Shown in pieces: positions 49,581 to 62,200 of a stretch of DNA of 64,000 nt. Each line of letters starts with the position of its first letter. Positions within the stretch are counted from its first letter, which is position 1. The notes below the pieces were generated by a model. That model saw only the letters and a list, made by a program, of their open reading frames with translations, was not told the origin of the DNA and did no database searches. The position numbers were made by a program, and so were the translations under genes. The DNA comes from Octopus vulgaris. Taxonomy: Eukaryota. The stretch is taken from NCBI GenBank assembly GCA_951406725.2, contig OX597816.1, positions 78,182,001-78,246,000 on the forward strand. The letters are read 5' to 3'.

Positions 49581-51817
49581 GTTTAACGTCCGCTTTCCAT
49601 GCTAGCATGGGTTGGACGGTTCAACTGGGGTCTGGGAAGCCCGAAGGCTGCACCAGGCCAGTCAGATGTGGCAGTGTTTCTACAGCTGGATGCCCTTCCT
49701 AACGCCAACCACTCCGAGAGTGTAGTGGGTGATTTTATGTGCCACCGACACAGGTGCCAGACGAGGCTGGCAGACGGCCACGCTCGGATGGTGTTTTTTA
49801 TGTGCCACCGACACAGGTGCCAGACGAGGCTGGCAGACGGCCACGCTCGGATGGTGTTTTTTATGTGCCACCGACACTGGCAGACGGCCACGCTCGGATG
49901 GTGTTTTTTATGTGCCACCGACACAGGTGCCAGACGAGGCTGGCAGACGGCCACGCTCGGATGGTGTTTTTTATGTGCCACCGACACAGGTGCCAGACGA
50001 GGCTGGCAGACGGCCACGCTCGGATGGTGTTTTCTTATGTGTCACCGACACAGGTGCTAGACGAGGCTGGCGGACGGCCATGCTCGGATGGTGTTTGTTA
50101 CGTGCCCTCAGCACGGAGGCCAGTCATTGCGGTACTGGCTACGGTCACGTTCGGATGGTTTTCTTATGTGCCACCGGCACTGGTACCACAAGGATACAAA
50201 TTCCATTGATGTTCATCTATTTTGATTTGGTTCGATTTGATTTGATACGATTCGATTCTCACTTGCCTCAACAGGTCTTCACAAGTGTCACAAGAAGGAA
50301 GGTATGCACAGGTGGACTGACTACGTCCCAGGTAGGGGCCACGGATTATGGCTTCACTAGTCTTGCCGGGTCTTCTCACGCACAGCATACTTCCATAGGT
50401 CTCGGTCTCTAGTCATTTCCATGGTGAGACCTAACGTCCGAAGGTCGTGCTTCACCACCTCGTCCCAGGTTTTCCTGGGTCTACCTCTTCCACGGGTTCC
50501 CTCAACTGCTAGGGATTGGCACTTTCTCACACACCTCTCTTCATCCATTCTCGCCACATGACCATACCAGCGCAATCGTCTCTCTTGCACACAACAACTG
50601 ATGCTTCTTAGGTACAACATTTCTCTCAAGGTACTAACGCTCTGTCGAGTAAGTACACTGACATTACACATCCATCGGAGCATACTGGCTTCGTTCCTCA
50701 CGAGCTTACGCATGTCCTCAGCAGTCACGGCCCATGTTTCACTGCCATGTAGCATAGCTGTTCGTACACATGCATCATACAGTCTGCCTTTTACTCTGAG
50801 CGAGAGGCCTTTAGTCACCAGCAGAGGTAAGAGCTCCCTAAACTTTGCCCAGGCTATTCTTATTCTAGCAGTTACACTTTCAGCGCACCCACCCCCACTA
50901 CTGACTTGGTCACCTAGATAGCGGAAACTATCAACTACTTCTAGTTTTTCCCCCGGAAAGTGACAGAAGTTGTTTTCTGCAGATTTTCGGAGGTCAGTGC
51001 TCCAGAGCACCTGCCACATACAAAAACTATCTTCCCAGTTAGCCTACCTTTGACATTGCTGCACCTCTTATGTGTCCATAGCTTACACTGGGTACATCTT
51101 ATAGAGTTTCTACCTACACCTTTTCTACAGATCGAGCAGGGCCATCTTCCTGATGATATTTGTGGGTTTTCTACCTTTCTACTTATTAGTACTTTGGTTT
51201 TAGCTAGGTTGACTCTAAGGCCCCTCGATTCTAAACCCTCCTTCCACACCTGGAACTTCTCCTCCAGTTCTGATAGTGACTCAGCGATTAGAGCGAGGTC
51301 GTCAGCATAGAGGAGCTCCCAGGGGCAACCTGTCTTGAATTCCTCCGTTATTGCCTGGAGGACTATGATAAATAGGAGGGGGCTGAGTACTGAACCCTGG
51401 TGGACCCCAACCTCTACTTTGAATTCTTCTGTGTACATGTTGCCAACTCTAACCTTACTTACGGCATCTCTGTACATGGCTTGCACAGCCCTCACCAGCC
51501 ATTCATCTATCCCTAGTTTCCTCATTGACCACCAGATGAGGGATCGGGGGACCCTATCAAAGGCTTTCTCCATGTCAACAAAAGCCAGGTACAGGGGCTT
51601 ATCCTTGGCTAGGTATTTCTCCTGCAGCTGCCTTACCAGGAATATAGCATCAGTGGTGCTTTTCCCTGGGACAAACCCAAACTGCATCTCATCTAAACTA
51701 ACTCTCTCTCTAATTAGTTGGGCTAAGACCCTCTCCGTAACCTTCATTACCTGATCCAACAGCTTGATACCTCTGTAATTATTTGTATCCAGGGCATCAC
51801 CTTTACCTTTGTAGCAG
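49550..51817 (-). mobile_element. Young 5'-truncated RTE LINE: RT domain, Cys/His finger, C-terminus, 3'UTR with tandem array, (GAT)n tail
   Basis: QFGFVPGKSTTDAIF, FVDMEKAFDRV, GVHQGSVLSPLLF, YADD; ORFs 50941-51837 and 50357-51019 joined by one frameshift near 50954. Confidence 0.97.
49737..50180. repeat. 63-bp tandem array in the RTE 3'UTR
   Basis: Unit starts at 49741, 49804, 49867, 49914, 49977, 50041 (one 47-bp unit), then diverged units. Confidence 0.95.
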
Positions 51818-51949
51818 CATTTGCATAATGTATACATCCAATGGTAATTGTTAATTCTATTAGCCTGCTGGTGTGTATTGTTATATATACTTTACTGTGT
51901 AAAAGCGATTATTATTAATCTAAAACATTGCAGTTTAAAAGTTATATCA

Positions 51950-51988
<39 letters not shown>

Positions 51989-52199
51989 ATTTCAGTATAC
52001 ACCCTTACAAAAAAAGTATGGTAGTGAAAAGTAGACATATTGTTTAGAGTGCAAAATTTAAATTTGATAAAGAGAACAACACTGAGCAGCCTGTAAGAAA
52101 TTTGATGTTGGAACCAAATTAAACTAAGGAGAAAGAATAAAGCAAGTTCATAATCTAGAACTGAAACAAAAAAATAGAGTGAACGTGTTGAAAATATGA

Positions 52200-53060
52200 G
52201 AAAAGACGCATAACACATCACCACACTGTATGTAAAGTGATAAGCAAAGAAAATGTCAAAAGACGAGAAATGTGTATATACTTAATCTTTCCAGTATTCA
52301 AATAAGTCAGCGCCAGTGATACTTCAAAAGCCTTTCTTAAGCACCAAGTCAGAAAATTAAAAGTTTACAAAACCCACCCTCTAATTTGGATGATAAAATT
52401 GTACAGCTTTTAATAACTGCAAAAGCAACATGACTTTGAACTGAGTCAAATTGAAAACTTGGATGAGGCATCTATATTTTTTGACATGCCAAGAAACAAA
52501 ACACTGAATAAAGTAGGAAGTAAAACTATGTTTGAATAACAGGCCATAAAAAGAAAAACAAAAAAAAAATCACTGCAGCTTTGCATTCTTTAACTAATGA
52601 AACCTAGTGAAATCCTATGGTTATATTTAAAGGGCAAGTCTGAAAAGTGAAATACTTACTTAATCTGAAGGCTGGCCGGATAGATCTATAACTAAGAAGA
52701 GTATGAGATAAACAATCTGGAATTCTTTTAAAGAAACTTACAGTACTGGTAAGTACTAGTTTAAAACGGTGAAAGGTATGAAAACTAGTCAGTCTGTAAT
52801 CTCATGTGGTTTGATACATGTTTTTTAGCTTGTTGATATTTTGAACAAACCATTTAAGGAAGAAGTAAGAAAGAACTGGATGCTATGGATGTCATCTGAT
52901 GAAGTGAGGAAAAAAAAATAACAAAAAAAAAAAAACAGCAGGAAGTTATCTCAAAAGTGGCTAGCCTTGCAACTAACTACTCACCAGATGGAATACTTTG
53001 GTTGAACATATGGTTTCAAGATCTTTTAAAAAACTGATGATGAACTGATAGGATGGAACA
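52200..53060 (+). mobile_element. pogo/Tigger-like transposase relic
   Basis: LSQIENLDEASIFFDMPRNKTLNKVGSKT (52441) and LVDILNKPFKEEVRKNWMLWM (about 52830). Confidence 0.75.
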
Positions 53061-54480
53061 ATGATGAAAAGCTAAATTAAGAAGAATGGCTAGAGTTATT
53101 TTGAAAAATCTTATAATGAATCAAACTTTGATGCTTTTTTTAGCGATAAGGTCATTTCATAGACAATGATCTTTTTGAACCTGTTCTACAGATTTCACTT
53201 GATTTTTATGCAAAAGTTCAGAACAAAAGAAGAAACCAGTTCAAATTTAGGAGTAAGCACAGTATATATCTACACACACACACAGAGGCATTGAATGCAG
53301 AGGACATGTGAAGACTAGAGAGTAACAAAGCTGGTATGCTCCGCTAGATGTGCAATGTCAGTGTACATGTGCAACAGAGTGTTAGTTATTGCATTTAATA
53401 GAGAAAAGTTAGGCATAGACAAATTAGATGCAAAGTGTAAAGAGAGAAGACTGTGCTGGTTTGGCCATGTGATGTAGATGGATGAGAACAGTTGCATAAA
53501 GAAGTATCATTTACTTAAAGTGAATGACAGTTGTAGAAGTGGAAGAACCAGGAAGACATTGGACAAAGTATTGAAGGTTGATCTCAAAACACTCAACCTT
53601 ATGAAGGAGATGACAAAGGACTGAGACATATGATGCATTGCTGTACTCAAGAAAACATGTGCCACATAAAAAACACTCAGTTCACTTTGTTAAGTGGCTG
53701 GTTTTAGGAAGAGCATCAAGGTATAGAAACCAAGCCTAAACAGACTCTGGAACCTGGTGCAGCCCTTGATCTTGCTAGCTTCTGTCAAGCCCTCCAACCC
53801 AAGCCAGCATGGAAAATAAATGTGAAATAATGATGACACACACAAACAAACAGAGTGTGAAGAGTATTTGAGGATACTTAATTACCAATATATTACTCCC
53901 TTCAAAACAAGTCATTTTCTTTCAGATCCTTCATGACAGATGAAATGCTAACATAAGACATGAAAAGACATGCAGTCATTGTTGCCATATATACAGAACA
54001 CAGCAACTTTCTAAATGCTGAATGATCTTTTGTGGTTCTCAACTATTTTATTGATGGACCCCTTTGATTCTTATTTTACTTGTGTAGGGCCTTATAGCCA
54101 TTTGATGTTTAAAAATCCTATCATATTTTTATAATTAATTATCATAAAGAATTACACACAAAAAAAATTTTGCTAAAATATTTTGTGCATAACCAAATTA
54201 CTGCACATAAATTTTAACAACAAAATATATGGACCCCCAATGGTCATATGGATTCTGGTTGAGAAGCACTGGTCTAGGTAAAGTTTGAAAGGGCCATTTA
54301 GCATAGACATGTCAATAATTCTGGTTTAGTATTAAAGCAGTCAATGAAGCTGAAGACAATTCATAGAATAGTCTTATAAGAAAGCTTATTGACAACACAA
54401 ACACAAATTCTTATTTAAATATATTTAGTTTTTGTTAGCTTAGGTTGTTTTATTAAATTACCAAATATGTCATCAAATAC

Positions 54481-54546
54481 CTATCTCTTACAACTGACAA
54501 ATGGGAACAGGATACTCTGAGTAACAGTTCCATGATAATTTTGCAG
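54481..54546 (-). other. Candidate upstream exon of PDCD10 (66 nt)
   Basis: cttttattaaag| and AG|GTATTT; open in a frame compatible with the 114-nt exon; ATG at 54533. Confidence 0.45.
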
Positions 54547-54616
54547 CTTTAATAAAAGATATATTATTCTACCCTAGGTATTCGAGTACTATTTTTTCCA
54601 TCTTATTTTGTACTTC

Positions 54617-54649
<33 letters not shown>

Positions 54650-55807
54650 TATAGATGGATAGACAAATAAATAGATATATTGACTGTGTAGTTGAGAAGT
54701 TCATTTACCAGCATGGTTTTGACGTCAGTCCTACTGCATAGCATCTTGAATAAGTGTCTTCTGCTATAGTCTTGGTCAAGCAGAGTTATAGCAGAAGAGT
54801 GGATTCAATAGGTGAAAACTATAAGAAATCTGGTGTGTGTGTTTTGTGTGTGCACACAGGCACAGGAAAGTAATTTGCTCTAACAAAATGTTCACTGGCA
54901 TTAGTCTTTGAAAATGTGTAGGACATCCCTCACTTAACAAACATGTAAGGGTTAGTGACAGGAAGGGCATCCATTTGTAAAATAATGCCTTGCTAATATA
55001 TGTCTAACCTGTGCTAGCAAGGAAAAGTGGATGTATAAAAATGAAACAAATATATATGGTTCTAAGATTGTCAAATTTTACAATGTTAATGATGAGCAAA
55101 GATTATTATAAAATAAGAAACATACAATCATTATTAGAGAAAAAAAATGTTTAAAAGCACTGTTGAAAGACAATTCAGTGCAATTGCCGGTTTTTCTAGA
55201 TTACACGACATAATGGACTTTTCTTTTTTGCTGCCTTGTGTAGTAGATTACATTAGAGAGTAAGTTTATATGCTAGTGCTGATCTCTAATTGTGGATGGA
55301 ACCTGTGAAAGGGGGTAGACCCAAGATGAGGGACGAAGCGGTGAGAATGGATCATCAGATGTTGGGCTTCACTGAGGAGATGACAAAGGACTAGAACTTG
55401 TGGAGATTTGCTATACTTGAGAAGATACATCAATCTAAGTAAAATCACATCCGTCCATACATACAGGCATGTGCTTTATGGCCATGACACCCGCTCCCTC
55501 TCCTAGTTGAGAGGTCTTTGTCTAGCAGGTGCTGGTGCCACATAAAATGCACTTGTGCCAGTGCTATGTAAATGCACCTGTACCAATGACAAGTCAAAAG
55601 TACCCAGCACACACTAAAGTGGTTGGCATCAGGAAGGGCATCCAGCCATAGAAACCATGCCAAAACAGACAATTGGAGTCTGGACAGCTCCTATAAACCG
55701 TCCAACCCATTCCAGTATGGAAAGTGAACATTAAACAATGATGATGATGATCTAACATGTTTCGGTAACAACTTCACTGAAAATAAACCAAATTATAAAT
55801 AACATAC

Positions 55808-55921
55808 TTGATTTTACTCAGATATGTATTTCTACAATTTTTGATTTGATGAGGAAAGTTCCCTAACTGTATTAGACATGCATTTATTCTCACATTGATA
55901 TTTTTGCTTGTTGTTAATGTC
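55808..55921 (-). other. Candidate upstream exon of PDCD10 (114 nt)
   Basis: caacag| and AA|GTATGT; non-repeat-looking sequence; open in one frame, symmetric phase 2-2; no transcript evidence. Confidence 0.45.
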
Positions 55922-56049
55922 CTGTTGAATATGTTTTATTTACCAAAGGATAGTGCAAGTTCTTGAGATTAGCAATATACTCTTTATGCAAGTTACAATG
56001 GATGTAAAACAACTCTGTCCCTCTCTCACTCCCTCTAAATATATTATAT

Positions 56050-56390
56050 AGAGAGACCCCCTTCGGTCATGAGTGACCATGGGTTTACACCTAGAGAGTT
56101 ACCCTCTGAGGCACAAGTCTGGGCAAGGTTGTTTTTATGGAAGACCAGTAGTCGCCCATGCATACCGGCCTCCCCTCTCCACGCCACCAGTGTTATCCAA
56201 GGGAAAGACAAAGGTCGATACAGCTTGGCACCAGTGACGTCGCAACTCATTTCTACAGCTGAGTGAACTGGAGCAACGTGAAATAAAGTGCTTTGCTCAA
56301 GAACACAACACGCAGCCCGGTCTGGGATTCGAGCTCACAACCTCACGATCGTAAGCTCGACGCTCTAACCACTGAGCCATGCGCCTCCAC
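56050..56390 (-). mobile_element. tRNA-derived SINE, family A (young copy)
   Basis: A box TGGCTCAGTGG, B-box-like CTCGAATCC; CpGs retained. Confidence 0.88.
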
Positions 56391-56489
56391 TAAATATATT
56401 ATATATATATATATATATATATAGATAGATAGATAGAGAGACAGACAGATAGATAGACAGACAGGCAGATAGATAGATAGATAGATGAA

Positions 56490-57630
56490 ATATTGAAGGC
56501 TGATCTCAAGACATTGAACCTTATGAAGGAAACGACAAAGGACCAAGATATCTAGCGCTCTGCTGTATTCAAGGAGATTTGTCTTCCACAACAGAAATGA
56601 TACCAGTGCAGGTGCCACATAAAAAGTACCTAGTACACTGTTGAGTGGTTGGCATTAGGAAAGGCATGCAGCTGTAGAAACCATGCCAGTATAGTCAATG
56701 GAGCTTGGTGCAGCCCTTGGCCTTACCAGCTTCAGTCAAACTGTTCAACCAATCAGAGCTCCTACCTCAACTGGTAACAAAGGGCCTCTTGCTCAAAGTG
56801 AAAGGTAGACTGTATGATGCATGTGTGCAAATAGCCATGCCACACGGCAGTGAAACATGGGCTGTGACTGCTGAGGACGTGTAGGTATGAAAGAAATGAA
56901 CCAGTATGGTCAGCTGAATGTGTAATGTCAGTGTGCATACATGCCGAAGTGTAAGTGCTCTGAGAGAAAAGTTGGACATAGAAAGCATCAGATGTGGTGT
57001 ACAAGAGAGACAACTGTGCTAGTATGGTCATGTGTTAAGTATGGATGAGGTCAGCTGTATGAAGAAGTGTCACACCCTAACAGTAGAGGGAACCTGTGGA
57101 AGAGGTAGACCCAGGAGGACCTAAGATGAAGTGGTGACGCATGACCTTCAAATGTTGGGCCTCTCAGAGGCAATGAAAAGTGACCGAGACCTTTGGAGAT
57201 ATGCTGCGCTTGAGAAGACTAGACAAGCCAAGTGAGATCATAGCCGTGGCCTAAGCCAGTGTCGCATAACTGGCCCATTTAAGAGTACCCTTCAATCGTT
57301 GGGCAATATGCTGTGCTTGAGAAGACCTGTTGAGTCAAGTGAAATCATTGTCGTGGCTGATGCACCATTTGCACATGGTCGATGCCAGTGCCACATGACT
57401 AGCTCCCATGCAGGTGGCATGTAAAAAGCACCATTCGAGCATGGGTGATGCCAGTGCTGCCTGACAGGCCCTTGTGCCAGTGGCACATAAAAAGCACCCC
57501 CTACACTCTCGGAGTGGTTGGCATTAGGAAAGGCCTGGTGCAGTCTCCTGGCTTACTAGTCCTCAGTCAAACCGTCCAACCCATGCCAGCATGGAAAGCA
57601 GACATTAAACAATGATGATAATGATGATAC
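56490..57630 (+). mobile_element. Two adjacent RTE 3' fragments
   Basis: LVTKGLLLKVKGRLYDACV..HGSETWAVTAED and 3'UTR. Confidence 0.9.
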
Positions 57631-58479
57631 ATATGACAGACTTCTTTCAGTTTCTATCTACCAAATCCACTCACAACACTTTGGTTGGCCAGAACTATAG
57701 TAAAATACTGAAAGACACTTACCGAAGATGCTATTAAGTAGGACTGAACCAAAAAGATTATGGTTATGAAACAAACATCTTAACCATACAATACCCCCAC
57801 ACACACATATAGGAGCAGGCATGGCTATGTGATTAAAGAATTCCTTGTAGTTTTAGTTTTTGACCAACTGCACAGCAACTGGAGTAGCTTCTACTATAGC
57901 CATGGGTCAAGCTATGCCATGTGAGAGAATTTGGTTGATGGAATCAGCAGGAAACCTGTCTTAGATACACATCCAAACATACCCATGTGTGTGTGTGCGC
58001 GTGTGTGTGTGGGGGGGTGCATGTGACCTGGTGTGTACAAGCATATATGTACGTATTTCTCATACTCATCAATGTATTTTTGAAGTCCACCTTTCTATGC
58101 TTGCAGGGGTTAAATGAAATTTGACGAGGTAGATTTTCTATGGTTAGATGGAAGAGCATCCAACCATCAATCTTCAACTGTTTCCAAGTAAGATAATATT
58201 TCTTCTTGTCCTTCAAACACAAACAGCACAATAAATGGGCATGTTTGCATGGAGGATTGCAAAGAAAGGACAATGCTGTAAGACACAAACATACAGAGAC
58301 GCTTGCTGAAGGAGCCATGGTTGCAAAGATAACTTCTTTATGATATAACCATGCTTTATATATGTATATGAGATAAAACAAATGGTTTATACCTGGTAGC
58401 TTACTGGTAAAGCATGATCACTTTCACAGTGTTCGTTATGTATATGGTAAATGAAAAATAGAAGATACAAGAATTTTTA

Positions 58480-58590
58480 TTAATCACTACAATTGTTTCG
58501 ACACATCTAGTATCGATCTCTCACTGGTTGTATACTTAACAACTGGTTCAGGAGCATCCAACAGTGCAGATTTATCTCTTTGGGTGATAA
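58480..58590 (-). ncRNA. Degenerate type I hammerhead-like motif
   Basis: UUAUCAC-CCAAAGA-GAUAAAUCUG..UAGAUGUGUC-GAAAC-AAUU-GUA-GUGAUUAA followed by AAUAAA; core has two changes from CUGAAGA. Confidence 0.55.
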
Positions 58591-59024
58591 ACAGATATAA
58601 CTTGTTAAAATAACAGTTCCACAATTTTTGTTCTCATTTCATGTAAAGTAAAGCAGCAAATTAAGAGATATATCTTCATTTATATAGAAGGTCAACAATA
58701 AAAGAGCAGATGCAAAAAAGAAATGAGCATGCAATACAGCAAGAAAGTATTAAAAATAACCGTTAATGGACATGGATGTATAAATGTCCTCACAAAAGTT
58801 GTATGGCGCATGTACACTTGCTCATACAAGCATCCACGAAGATGTAAGCATACACATGCATGGTTTGATGCATATACACTTACATAGCAAGTTAAATAGC
58901 TACTTGGTGTTTATAAGAATGGAGAGGTTAAAGCTAAACTTAATTCATGAATACCTTATAGTAAATTATGTTAACAATCACTCAAATTCATTCCCACTGA
59001 TTTATGCAAAAGTACATTTATATG

Positions 59025-60595
59025 CATGTAGACCTTCTTTGTGGCTGGCGACTTCAATGGGCATGTTGGACAACATCCAGGGGGCTTCCATGATGTACAT
59101 GGCGGTTTTGGATTTGGTTCCTGCAATGAGGAGGAAACCAGGCTGCTGGGGTTCTGTGATGCAAATGATCTTATGATCTGTAATATTAACTTCAGGAATT
59201 CTGCCAGTCACCTATCAGTCTAGTGGGTACACTAGTCAGATTGACTACATTCTCGCCAGGAAATGGGAAAGATGGCTACTTATAAATGCTGTAGGCACCC
59301 TACAACATAAGTTAGTAGTTAGTGACTTCAAGATCAGGACTAAATGGCTGCCCAGAAGATGACCAGCATGGAAAAGAAGGGTCTGGTAGATTAAGGAACC
59401 TGTGAATGGACTGAGATTTAGAGACGTATTACTCAAAGCTTTTGATGAAAAAGGGGAGGATATAGCTTCACATAATGTGAAAGACAACTGGAGGTTCTTA
59501 TGGGACAACCTGTTTAGGGCTACTGACCAGGGGAAAAAACTAGAGGTAGTTGATAGCTTCTGTTACCTAGTTGACCAAGCCAGTAGTGGGGGTGGATGCT
59601 CTGAGAGTGTAGCTGCTAGAATAAGAATAGCTCGGGCAAAGTTTAGAGAGCTCTTCCCTCAACTGGTAACAAAGGCCTCTCGCTCAGAGTGAAAAGTAGG
59701 CTGTATGATGAATGTGTATGAACATCCATACTACACAGCAGTAAAATATGGACTATGACTGCTGAGGACATGTGTAGGCTTGAAAGAAATGAAGCCAGTA
59801 TGCTCTCCTGGATGTGTAATGTCAGTGTGCATACACAATAGTGTCAGCACTCAGAGAAAAGTTGGATGCAAGAAGCATCAGATGTGGTGTGCAAGAGAGA
59901 TGACTGTGCTGGTATGGTCATGTGTTATGCATAGAAGAAGACAGCTGCATGAAGAAGTGCCATACCCTAACAATGGAGGGAACCAATGGAAGAGGTAGGC
60001 CCAAGAAGACCTGGGATGAGGTTGTGAAGTATGACCTTCGAATGTAGGGCCTCTCAGAGGCAATGACAAGTGACCGAGACCTTTGGTGATATGCTGTGCT
60101 TGAGAAGATCTGGCAAGCTAAGTGAGACTATAGCCATGGCCTATGCCAGTGCAGCATAACCGGCCTATTTAAGAATACCCTTCAATCGTTGGGCAAATAT
60201 GCTGTGCTTGAGAAGACCTGTTGAGTCAAGTGAAATCATTGTTGTGCCCATTGCTAGTACCACCTGAGTGGCGTCTGTGCTGGTGGCATGTAAAAAACAC
60301 CATTCACATGTGGTTGATGCCAATGTCACCTGACTGGCTACCGTGCAGGTAGCACATAAAAAGCACCATCCGAGTGTGGTCAATGCCAGTACTGCCTGAG
60401 TGGCTCCTGTACAGAAAACACACCCTCTACATTCTCGGAGTGGTTGGTATTAGGAAGGGCATCCAGCTGTAGAAACTTTGCCAGATTAGATTGGAGCCTC
60501 ATGCAGCCTTCTGGCTCACCAGTCCTCAGTCAAACTGTCCAACTCATGCCTGCATGGAAAATGGACATTAAACAATGATGATGATAAGGATGATG
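59025..60595 (+). mobile_element. RTE copy keeping an AP-endonuclease part but with the RT core deleted
   Basis: LAGDFNGHVG, SQIDYIL; RATDQ joined directly to GKKLEVVDSF near 59530; full 3'UTR and tail. Confidence 0.92.
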
Positions 60596-61619
60596 TAGGC
60601 ATCTTGAGAGTCTTTCAAATTTTTTTTGAAAGCGAATTTTCTTTACCACACTAACAGGCTTGCACTAATAAATATGTAGATACATAAATACATATATGTA
60701 AATATATATACATATATACACATAGATGTACATATACACACAGAAATACATAAATGCATATATGTATATACATACATAGAAACAAACATATCTCTGTCAC
60801 AGAACCTCTCAAAACTAGACACCAATATCAAAGCATTGTCCAAGCCTAAGTAAGGTTACCTATGAAGAAACCTAAACAATACTCAAGTAAACAATCCCCA
60901 CAGACTATGAATCCTCAAACATACATATAATATACATATAGATAAGCATGTATACATGCAATGCGCATATGCAAGTTTGTGTGTAACTGAAAAAAATGTT
61001 GGAGGTGGGAAATGGAATAGTTCCAAGTTGTAAAATCCTACCTTAAATACAAACTCATCCAAGCCATGCTTTCATAGGAAAACATTAAATGAATGAATGT
61101 ACACAGTATGTGAAATTTGAGGATCCTGAAAAATTTTCTGCTTAGGAGCTGGCCTCTGGCAAGAAACTATAAGAGTAACTTCATTTCTTTATCTTCATTT
61201 CAAAGCTGTTTGCAAGTGAGATATGAAGAAAGATAGGAGGAAATTGCTGGTGTTTGCTGCCACTGGAGACTGGTTTTAGGCAGGGATTTAAAAAGAAGAG
61301 AGGAGAGGTTGCTGATGAGAAAAATAAAAATGCATATTTGATGAAGAAACAGCACCTGGACAAAACCAGCACACTGTCTTCAATTAACGTTTTGACTGTT
61401 ATTCATTCCTCCTATAAGACTGACACAAGATTTTCCCCGGAGCAGATCCATGGTCAAAGGAGACTAACAGATGCCTCCAATCTTATATACACTTCTGGTT
61501 TCTAAAACTGAGTGCTCATTCCTTAGTTCTCTAATACTTGCTCAAAATGAGTGTGTTGTGTGAGAGAGAGAGAGAGAGAGAGAGGAAGGGAGAGAGAGAG
61601 GGAGAGGGAGAGAGAGAGA

Positions 61620-62200
61620 GCGTGTGCAAGTACATATGTGTATGATCGCTTTTCGCTGAAGAGCCCGTAAAGAAACGTACCGATTTCGCTAAGATAATTT
61701 CCTGAAAACTTCCTTTGTTTAAAATCACTATCTCAGATATGTTGAAGTTGTTTACATTTAAACTAATATTTTTATGAATATATACACAGAAAAATTCAGT
61801 GTTCTTTTGTAAGTTCCCAACGTTAGTTAATGCAAGGAGAGGGTTATTTGCGATTGAATTCACTGGAAAACTTCACTGACGTTTATTTTGTTGACTGCGA
61901 GAAGGTTGAAAGGTAAAGTCGACCCCAACATGATTTGGTCTAAAGAGATTCAGTAAATAAATAATTTCTTACATAAGCGCAAATCTTTTTTTTTTTTATT
62001 GAGGGGAAATGAGATTGTGACGTCCACGCTTTACTCAAGGACATTTGTGAAGTAAGTCAATCCCAAAGTCTATAGTGAGTAAATATATATTGAGTCAGAA
62101 GTATGTCGCCCTAGGATACGATTATCATAAAACGAGATCAACCGTACAGAATCCGGATAATAATTAATATAAACCCAACTATCTATCAGCTGTCACAAAA
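61620..62200 (-). promoter_or_regulatory. Putative PDCD10 promoter and first non-coding exon (donor TCG|GTACGT, exon ending 61681)
   Basis: Visible jump in CpG frequency in non-repeat sequence from about 61620 in an otherwise CpG-depleted window; good minus-strand donor. Confidence 0.5.

Noticed and set aside
49737-50180. CRISPR-like array
   Set aside because: Head-to-tail identical units without unique spacers, inside an RTE 3'UTR, with no cas genes in a eukaryotic context
49583-50412. Overlapping 144-227 aa repetitive ORFs
   Set aside because: Products of a stop-free 63-bp tandem unit in a UTR
50601-51754. Plus-strand ORFs of 106-139 aa
   Set aside because: Antisense shadows of the RTE coding sequence
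61531-61863. 110-aa ORF at the putative promoter
   Set aside because: Non-ATG start, runs through a splice donor into a GA microsatellite; no homology recognised
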